From IMG/VR virus record IMGVR_UViG_3300031974_002949, positions 1 to 35,576 of that record: a stretch of DNA of 35,576 nucleotides; one strand, written 5' to 3'. This DNA comes from a virus (lineage: Duplodnaviria; Caudoviricetes). The notes below the pieces were generated by a model. That model had not been told where the DNA came from and ran no database searches. It saw only the letters and a program-made list of their open reading frames with translations. Of this stretch, positions 28,858 through 35,576 are shown one piece after another (position 1 is the stretch's first letter; each line of letters opens with the position of its first letter). Position numbers and translations under genes: made by a program.

Positions 28858-29835
28858 TTATGTAAATGTTAAGTATGTAGATGTTGGATCGTTAAGAACT
28901 ATCCATTCAGTTCCATCCCACACTAATGATGCTGATCCATACCTTGCTACAGCAAATGTATTATGTGGTCCTAAATTACTACCTGTCTTAGTAATTGTTG
29001 CCGTGCCTGTGTTTTTATTGACAAAGGTTTTCTTTTGACCTACTGTAGTACCATTTGGCATGGTTGCGGCAATTGATGCGCTGTGATTAAAAATAGTAAG
29101 AGGCGATTTCATATATGCTGCTAGTGTAGGAGCAGCAGAATCAATAGAATTATTACCTAATACTAAAGATGAATTAAGATTAATTTGTCCAGTACCCTTA
29201 GCATTAATATCTAGGCCTACGTTAGTATCACTACCCACAGCAGCAATTTTTGGTTTATTACTTGTTGCTGCATTAGAAACCTGAATTGAATTAGCCGAAC
29301 CTACTGTTACAAATCTAATAATGTCAGATCCTGCAGAATCTCTTAGGGACTGTTGAATATTGGGTCTATAAATTGTCGGACTAGTAAGTGTTTTATTGGT
29401 TATGGTTTGTGTATCGGTCGTACCAACCACAGCACCAGAAGGAATTGCTTTAGCAGAAGCTGCACCATCAACAACTCCAGAACCATTAGTAATTACAAAA
29501 CTAGAAGCTGGCAACCCGGATATATCATTATCATCCGCACTAATAGTTTTATTAGTAATTGTCTGCGTTGCAGTATCAACTAATAATGTACCACCGGCAT
29601 TTGGTAAGTCTATAGATACAAGCGCCGCACCCTCAACAAAACCTAGTCTTGTATTGTATGACAATCCCAAGAAGGTAACACCACTATCGGTTAGTCTTGT
29701 CGATCCACCAACGTCACCACCAACAGTTGAATACAACTCGGCAAAGTTTTCATTTATTTTGGTACCTGCAATACGTAATGTATCTCCTGTACCATCATTG
29801 GCAACTGTGCCTGTGTTAATAATTTGTCTAGCCAT
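28858..29835 (-). CDS. Baseplate protein with gp9/gp10-type N-terminus (tail fibre connector)
   Basis: MARQIINTGTVANDGTGDTLRIAGTKINENFAELY; TQTITNKT repeats. Confidence 0.78.
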   Translation of the reverse strand: MARQIINTGTVANDGTGDTLRIAGTKINENFAELYSTVGGDVGGSTRLTDSGVTFLGLSYNTRLGFVEGAALVSIDLPNAGGTLLVDTATQTITNKTISADDNDISGLPASSFVITNGSGVVDGAASAKAIPSGAVVGTTDTQTITNKTLTSPTIYRPNIQQSLRDSAGSDIIRFVTVGSANSIQVSNAATSNKPKIAAVGSDTNVGLDINAKGTGQINLNSSLVLGNNSIDSAAPTLAAYMKSPLTIFNHSASIAATMPNGTTVGQKKTFVNKNTGTATITKTGSNLGPHNTFAVARYGSASLVWDGTEWIVLNDPTSTYLTFT

Positions 29836-29862
29836 TTATTTGCCTACTAATTTTCTTTGTAT

Positions 29863-29870
29863 TATTTATA
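29863..29870 (-). promoter_or_regulatory. T4-type late promoter TATAAATA
   Basis: Exact consensus immediately after the upstream stop codon, 28 nt before the ATG at 29835. Confidence 0.85.
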
Positions 29871-30446
29871 CTACCACCACTGAGTAATTCCGTGATAACC
29901 TATAGAATCTGTGCCAACCAATGCCCTACCTACAGAATCAAAATCATTTATACTATCATATCTTGTATACCATTTATTTTGATCAAACCTAGAAGTAAGA
30001 ACACTTGGTTGTGATAAAGTATTGTATGGTAAAATATGTTCACGAATCCAATTATCTTGTTCAAAGGTATTAGTATTATTGCCTTCTTTAAAATTTAAAA
30101 TCGCTTGTACATCAGCACCTTCTATAGTAGCTGAATTTGTAATATCTGCTTTTTGATAAATTCCAACCAATTCCTGTAGAAAAGACCAACGTTCTGGTAA
30201 AGTAACAGCTCCATTTACCAATGATGTTATTTGGGCTGCAACACTATCATAAAATCCATAACCATATTCATCATTATCCATAGATACAGCGTCACGATAT
30301 TCAGGATCATTTAAAGTATCACTATCATCAAAGGTTACACCACTTGGACCAAACAGCTCATCTAAGTCTAAACCCTCAAATGATTGCAGGTCATAATTTT
30401 GCAGTTCATCTATTCTTTGATATACAACTTGTCTTCGGAATCCCAT
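29871..30446 (-). CDS. Acidic hypothetical baseplate-region protein (possibly a detached gp7 C-terminal part)
   Basis: TAATG coupling to the gp7-like gene; Asp-rich; one dockerin/EF-hand-like loop. Confidence 0.6.
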   Translation of the reverse strand: MGFRRQVVYQRIDELQNYDLQSFEGLDLDELFGPSGVTFDDSDTLNDPEYRDAVSMDNDEYGYGFYDSVAAQITSLVNGAVTLPERWSFLQELVGIYQKADITNSATIEGADVQAILNFKEGNNTNTFEQDNWIREHILPYNTLSQPSVLTSRFDQNKWYTRYDSINDFDSVGRALVGTDSIGYHGITQWW

Positions 30447-31294
30447 TACTCTTCCTCGATTGTTGTTACACTTACATATGCATCAGGCTGCGTAGTAGCA
30501 ATTGATGTTGAAGCTGTAAATGTAGTGAGTTCCTCACCGGGTCCAAATTCCATAGTATAACTTATACCCTCTTCCTCTGAGAATGGTGTAAATATACCGA
30601 CATTAGTATCACCGTCATAATCCCAGTTTTCATTTACAACCTCAATAAGAACCTCTGATCCAATATAAAAGCCTGCTGGGTGGGCAAAAAGTTTATAAAC
30701 ATCAACCCACTGGTCAATAGGAATATTAACTCTAATCAAAATTGAAAGTACTTGATATAATTTATCATCAGTAATATATTTAAAAGATTCGGGCCCGAGT
30801 GTTGAAGCTGGTTGTTTAACCTGTTCGCCATTAGTATTTGTGGCGTTTAATTCATAATCAATTTCAGGTCCAACTTTGAAAATACTTTCTTTAGGATAAA
30901 TGATCACCGGGTCTACACCAAAGAATCCCCTAAAAAATTGTTCAATGGAATACTTAGTACCTTTAGAACGATATAAAAGATTGCTAAATTTTATGGCTTC
31001 TCTTTTATTGAGGAAACCACCAAAGTAGGCATTACCTAATAATAATTCATCTTCTAAAAATTCAAGCAAAGATTCTGAAACAATAGTTACATCTCTTTTT
31101 TCATTTAGTCTGTGTATCTTATCTTCAAAGCCATCCTGCTTATCTAACCACTCATAGTATAGTTCCAATAAACGAATTAGCTTAGGATAATCATCTTGAA
31201 AGTAAGCAGGCAGAAGTTTTTTTACTTCAGACCTGTGAAGATTTAAATTATTTCTTTTATTGTCTAAAAGTGTCTTATCGCCCGAATGACTCAT
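30446..31294 (-). CDS. gp7: Baseplate wedge initiator gp7-like (short form)
   Basis: LPAYFQDDYPKLI..LE.YYEWL; LYRSKGTKYSIEQFFRGFFG..P.IIYPK; HPAGF; directly after gp6. Confidence 0.7.
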   Translation of the reverse strand: MSHSGDKTLLDNKRNNLNLHRSEVKKLLPAYFQDDYPKLIRLLELYYEWLDKQDGFEDKIHRLNEKRDVTIVSESLLEFLEDELLLGNAYFGGFLNKREAIKFSNLLYRSKGTKYSIEQFFRGFFGVDPVIIYPKESIFKVGPEIDYELNATNTNGEQVKQPASTLGPESFKYITDDKLYQVLSILIRVNIPIDQWVDVYKLFAHPAGFYIGSEVLIEVVNENWDYDGDTNVGIFTPFSEEEGISYTMEFGPGEELTTFTASTSIATTQPDAYVSVTTIEEE

Positions 31295-33295
31295 TTAGTT
31301 CTCCGCTGTTACCAATACAGCATTCACCGAAGATCTATTTGGATCATAAACCAAAAGATCGTTTCTAATTGGTGTAATGGCGCTTTGGTTTGCAGGTACT
31401 GCAGACAATGCTATTTGAGTATCAGTGCCTGAAATAGTAGATGGGATAAAGTAATCAACGGTTACTTTGTTATCCTGCCAGGTACCAACACCCTCTAATA
31501 CGGTGAGCCCTGAACCGGCATTAATAATATTGATTGTTCTACTGTTAAGAGCATTTCTCAATTGGCAATTAATACCTTTATAAACAAAGGTATTACTTGT
31601 TATAATATATTGATTATTGTCAGGTTCCGCTAATGGCACTGGATATATAATTTGTTGTACATTTGATATAGCGGTCGTTGACAGTGTAGTGCGAATAGAT
31701 GTATAGTTCTGTGATGAGAAATCTAAAAGGAAATTGGCAGCGCCATTATAGTTTCTAGAATTTACTAGTTTAACAACATAATCAAGTTCGGCACCTGTAA
31801 GATTGCCAGTATCAGTAATATTATTAATTACAGTTACTAGGTTAGGATTAGTTGGGGTAAATCTTCTCTGCATTCTAATATCAGCACGAGATGATAGTAC
31901 AGCAGTGTTTACATCATCAATCAAGGATAACATATTTGATCTTCTAAATGAACTATTAAAAACACCCGTATTATTAGTAAAATAATTGCCGACTACTGTG
32001 TTTACTTCATCTTTTACAGTATTAGATGTTTTATCGGTTTTGGTTGGGTTGAATTGGAAATATGTGTCAACCTCAATAAAAGTAGTAACAGGATCTGCAA
32101 ATCTTAGATTAAATGATGCTACAGCAAGTTGTTCGGCAAGACTTACTATACCTTGTTTAACTGATTGTATTGTATTATCTGAAATACCATCCTCAAATAG
32201 TATAGAAGTGAACACGGCACCAAATTCAGGCTGAGCTGCATCTTCACCACCCCAAGAAATAATATCCTTAATGAGTGAGGAATAGTTTTTAAGAATCAAA
32301 GACGAATAGTCAGCAGCTGTCACCATGCGGTTTTGAGATGCATATGAGAATGGAGCATTTTTTCTAATTGATTCTATAGATTCTTTTGGCTTGCCACCAA
32401 CACTTCTTTGAAGGGTTGTAGTAATCAAATCAACTGTAATTGAATTATCACCACCTGTTGTATATTGCTGCGCAGCAGTAAATCTATTAGCACCATTCGC
32501 TTCAGCTCCTGAAGTGGAAAGATAAATCACTTCTATCTTAGCACCAGATGCAGGAGCAATACCAAACGTATTACCATCACCAAAAGACAATTCAAAATAA
32601 CCATTAGGTGATTCTCTTAAGATGTAAACTTTGGTACTTGCGTTAATAGTAGTTGCATTAAGAATATTTGTATAGTCTGTAAATTCACTTGAAGTAGCAT
32701 CTGGATAAACCCTTACGGTAACACTATCGGCAAATAAACCTGTATCTGGAATTACGTATACGGGATTATCCTGATATTCACCTACAAGAAATGTTTTGGT
32801 TTTAAGTGTGCCTTCATAAATTGTAATTTCATTAAGACCAAGATCAGTTTTAAATTCATAAAAACCATTTCCATCATCAGTAGCAACATATGGCTCAATT
32901 GTAAGAAATGTATATGTTTCATTATCAACCGTTGCATTAAACTGAGTATAGGCCGGAAGAGTTACTGGTGATTCACGTGGTGTAGTAGAAGTTGTATAAT
33001 ATACTCTAACACGACCCTGAGAAGCTGTTGCAGAGTCGGGTATGTAACCAATGCCTTCTGCCAAAGAGATAGCGGAACCTCTTAATTGAGCAGTTGATAA
33101 GTATGATTCATTAAGAGCAAAGTTTGCCAAGAGGCCATTCATATGTGTATTATGTGCCAACACATCTAGAATGTTTGAAAGACCGGATGCTTCGAAATCA
33201 TAGTCCGCAAACTCTTCACTATTTTGCAAATAGGTTTTTAGATTATTCTTTAAAGAATTAAAATCTAATGATGATGATTTTATTGTTGTTGCCAT
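31295..33295 (-). CDS. gp6: Baseplate wedge subunit gp6
   Basis: LDFNSLKNNLKTYL...DYDFEASGLSNILDVLA.NTH; FELSFGDG; ESIESIRKNAP...QNRMVTAADY; WGGED. Confidence 0.93.
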   Translation of the reverse strand: MATTIKSSSLDFNSLKNNLKTYLQNSEEFADYDFEASGLSNILDVLAHNTHMNGLLANFALNESYLSTAQLRGSAISLAEGIGYIPDSATASQGRVRVYYTTSTTPRESPVTLPAYTQFNATVDNETYTFLTIEPYVATDDGNGFYEFKTDLGLNEITIYEGTLKTKTFLVGEYQDNPVYVIPDTGLFADSVTVRVYPDATSSEFTDYTNILNATTINASTKVYILRESPNGYFELSFGDGNTFGIAPASGAKIEVIYLSTSGAEANGANRFTAAQQYTTGGDNSITVDLITTTLQRSVGGKPKESIESIRKNAPFSYASQNRMVTAADYSSLILKNYSSLIKDIISWGGEDAAQPEFGAVFTSILFEDGISDNTIQSVKQGIVSLAEQLAVASFNLRFADPVTTFIEVDTYFQFNPTKTDKTSNTVKDEVNTVVGNYFTNNTGVFNSSFRRSNMLSLIDDVNTAVLSSRADIRMQRRFTPTNPNLVTVINNITDTGNLTGAELDYVVKLVNSRNYNGAANFLLDFSSQNYTSIRTTLSTTAISNVQQIIYPVPLAEPDNNQYIITSNTFVYKGINCQLRNALNSRTINIINAGSGLTVLEGVGTWQDNKVTVDYFIPSTISGTDTQIALSAVPANQSAITPIRNDLLVYDPNRSSVNAVLVTAEN

Positions 33296-33296
33296 A

Positions 33297-33740
33297 CTAT
33301 CTCAACCTTGATAAAGCAGTTGTTGTTGAAATTACTTCTCTACTATTCATTACTCTAAAAGTAACTGTTACATATATTGAGTTATAATCAGTACCATCTT
33401 GTATAGAAACGTCCAATACATTTGCACGTGGTTCATATTCATTTATGGTTTTAATGATATCTTTTTTCAAAATAATATTAGTTGAACTACCAGCTAATTC
33501 AAAAAGTAGATTTATTAGGTTGCCACCAAAGTCGGGGTTAAATGGTTTTTCAAATTTGTTAGTAAGAAGAAGATTTCTAATGGCCTGCTTTACTGCAGCC
33601 GCTTCTTTTTTCTTTCTAAGTTCACCATTATCCTTAATGGCAAAGGTAAGATCAATATCAGAAAATGGCACACTTCTGGCGGCCCGTATTGTACCGACAT
33701 TTAAATTACCATCTTCTGCTGATTTTACTCTTGTTACCAT
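33297..33740 (-). CDS. gp25: Baseplate wedge subunit gp25 (sheath initiator)
   Basis: DIDLTF...AVKQAIRNLLLTNKFEKPFNPDFGGNL..LLFE...INEYEPRA. Confidence 0.92.
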   Translation of the reverse strand: MVTRVKSAEDGNLNVGTIRAARSVPFSDIDLTFAIKDNGELRKKKEAAAVKQAIRNLLLTNKFEKPFNPDFGGNLINLLFELAGSSTNIILKKDIIKTINEYEPRANVLDVSIQDGTDYNSIYVTVTFRVMNSREVISTTTALSRLR

Positions 33741-33757
33741 GTCTCAACCTTTAGACT

Positions 33758-33765
33758 TATTTATA
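33758..33765 (-). promoter_or_regulatory. T4-type late promoter TATAAATA overlapping the upstream stop codon
   Basis: Exact consensus 18 nt upstream of the gp25 ATG. Confidence 0.75.
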
Positions 33766-35576
33766 AGCTTAAATATGGATTTTCTCGTTTGCGATTCTTA
33801 TTTATGTGAGGTACCCAATCATTTAAGACATTATCACCCGCCCAAGACTCTGTTGCTTTCCACCACCTTGCTGGTCCCATATCAATGTGTATAAAGTTAT
33901 ATTCATCAGTTTCTGGATAAAACCCAAAGCCCTGGAAACCTACCGTAAGTGCATTGTTAATAAATAATTTCTTTTGATCATTAGACCAGCCAGCAACACT
34001 TATATCAAAGGCTTTACCTTTTAAATGCTGAGAGGTTGTTTTTCTACTACCTTTAGTTTTGGGAAGTATACCTTGTGGTGTTGTATAGATTTGAAAGTTG
34101 CATAAAGACATAAGATCACTGAATTCGTTTTCAAGAATTTTAAGCAATACTTCCTCAGCATTATCAGATAGGTTTCTCAATACCCATTGGTCTTTAATAT
34201 ATTTACGATCAATAGTTGAATTCTTTATTGATACTTTATAATCAAATATTTTATTATTTTTTATTTCTTCAGTATATGGTATGGGTGTAATTTCTTTCTT
34301 ATTTGCTTGGAGTTCTATAAACTCGTTTTGCGATACTATCTCACCATTAAATTTGGTATTAATTTTTTGTTTAAAATCCCCCTGATAGTCCTGATTTAAT
34401 TCAGGTAGATAGATAGCCATTCTAGCATTATATTCATCATCCACAATATTAATATTATCATATTCAAGAGAAATGATATCAAATGGTATTCTGTCTTTAA
34501 GAAATACAGCAAGATCATACATTTGGGTTGGATTAGATTTTCCTGTGGTTTTATCAACAATATCATATATTACTAATCGACCCTTGATTTTTAAATCAGT
34601 ATCAGATCCGGTATCAAATATTTCGAATTCACCCGGTCTGTAAATACTTTCAACTGGTTTTACAATAAGATTTTTCAATAACGTTTTTTCATTATTAACT
34701 ATTTCAAGTATGTTTGCATGTATTGTTAAATACTTTGCAATTTGTCGTTTGACTTCTTGGTCTCTGATAAAATCAATGTTTGTTGGATCTTTGGTGCCCA
34801 AGAAAGTTGCCATTGTAATATTTTTTGACAGCTTGGTACGAGACGTTATATCTCCGAGATTTAAATAATTAAATTCTGGATCTGGTATAATATTTTTAGT
34901 AGGAATTTTTGTAGATGTTGATACTGTATTAGTCTGCCCACTAGGACCAAATGAAGTAGTACCAACAACAGGCGATGTCTCTCTTTGTGTTGATCTACCA
35001 TAACCAGCTGGTGTTTTTTCTTCAAAATAACTATTGTTGATTAATTGATTTTTAAGAATAAATTCAAGGAAGGCTTTGTTCTCAGCATTCTTTTTATTTC
35101 TAAGTCTTGATCTAATTAGGTCAGGTGTCACCTCATCAATATTATAGAGAATGCCACCAGTATCTACTTTAGGGTCAATTTTGTTTTTAATGTAATTATT
35201 ATTGTCTACCTTGACCTTACGAATACCGCCATTAAGTTTTGTAAGATATTCGGTTACCGAAGATGCATCTGGTACAGCATAGTTTGCTGCATTTACATCC
35301 TCAATGTTTGCTGGCACAGCTGTATTTGTATTTGTCCAACCTTCTGCTGCTCCTGCCAGACCAGTTGGTGCAGCTCCTGCTGTAGCAGCAAATACTGATG
35401 TGTCTGCCGAAATTGCTTCATCAGCTCTACCTGTTAGATCTCCATGAAATGTTGGAGCCTTAACCCCTTGATCAAATACAGCTCCATTGCCGACAAAATC
35501 AACAGCAGTACCGCCAATAATACCCATGCCACCCTGTACAGTCATATTATTAGCAGATAGGTTCATATAGTCTGCT
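33761..35576 (-). CDS. gp5-like baseplate hub/spike protein, C-terminal part (5'-truncated), with a degenerate and an intact Peptidase M15 domain
   Basis: Frame is open to the window edge upstream of the listed ATG; position before gp25; SQHLKGKAFDI...GFGFY...FIHIDMG zinc-peptidase motif. Confidence 0.72.
   Translation of the reverse strand, partial: ADYMNLSANNMTVQGGMGIIGGTAVDFVGNGAVFDQGVKAPTFHGDLTGRADEAISADTSVFAATAGAAPTGLAGAAEGWTNTNTAVPANIEDVNAANYAVPDASSVTEYLTKLNGGIRKVKVDNNNYIKNKIDPKVDTGGILYNIDEVTPDLIRSRLRNKKNAENKAFLEFILKNQLINNSYFEEKTPAGYGRSTQRETSPVVGTTSFGPSGQTNTVSTSTKIPTKNIIPDPEFNYLNLGDITSRTKLSKNITMATFLGTKDPTNIDFIRDQEVKRQIAKYLTIHANILEIVNNEKTLLKNLIVKPVESIYRPGEFEIFDTGSDTDLKIKGRLVIYDIVDKTTGKSNPTQMYDLAVFLKDRIPFDIISLEYDNINIVDDEYNARMAIYLPELNQDYQGDFKQKINTKFNGEIVSQNEFIELQANKKEITPIPYTEEIKNNKIFDYKVSIKNSTIDRKYIKDQWVLRNLSDNAEEVLLKILENEFSDLMSLCNFQIYTTPQGILPKTKGSRKTTSQHLKGKAFDISVAGWSNDQKKLFINNALTVGFQGFGFYPETDEYNFIHIDMGPARWWKATESWAGDNVLNDWVPHINKNRKRENPYLSL

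Larger units (their letters stand above)
1..35576 (-). mobile_element. T4-like myophage genome segment: baseplate and tail-fibre structural module
   Basis: Collinear gp5-like, gp25, gp6, gp7, gp9/10 and gp8 homologues, a VrlC-like protein, fibres, TATAAATA late promoters, tight gene packing (TAATG overlaps) and no host housekeeping genes. Confidence 0.95.

Noticed and set aside
4298-33894. Numerous short plus-strand and nested minus-strand ORFs (e.g. 26575-27177, 29396-29887, 17465-17899, 15479-15694)
   Set aside because: They lie antisense to or inside well-supported structural genes, have no recognisable motifs, and reflect codon bias
1-35576. tRNA, rRNA, intron, intein, homing endonuclease or strong rho-independent terminator
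   Set aside because: Intergenic gaps are under 100 nt and no such signatures were recognised by eye

Overview
This is a 35.6-kb piece of the virion-structure module of a T4-like (Tevenvirinae/Kyanoviridae-style) myophage, AT-rich, with all real genes on the minus strand. Order of transcription, right to left: partial gp5-like hub/spike with Peptidase M15 domains, gp25, gp6, gp7-like, unknown acidic protein, gp9/10-like, gp8, a VrlC/DUF4815-like protein apparently split in three, a small coiled-coil protein, a long fibre with an S74 chaperone, a tail assembly chaperone, a putative adhesin, an adaptor, a second giant fibre, a fibre connector, a tandem C1q-like protein, a cement-like protein, a large beta-propeller protein, and a partial collagen-like fibre that the ORF track missed. 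TATAAATA late promoters punctuate the region. Main observations: (1) a protein-level Asp-Ser (DS[A/D/S/G]) motif is strongly enriched in peripheral virion proteins and nearly absent from the hub/inner wedge and from one fibre tip, suggesting a virion-wide modification sequon; (2) four cupredoxin-like H...C-x2-H-x2-M domains are inserted into three virion proteins, one of them circularly permuted; (3) the collagen has an unusual G-[YF]-T-G-S repeat; (4) the gp5-like protein has a degenerate plus an intact M15 peptidase. All family assignments are from motif recognition, not database searches, and all counts are by eye.
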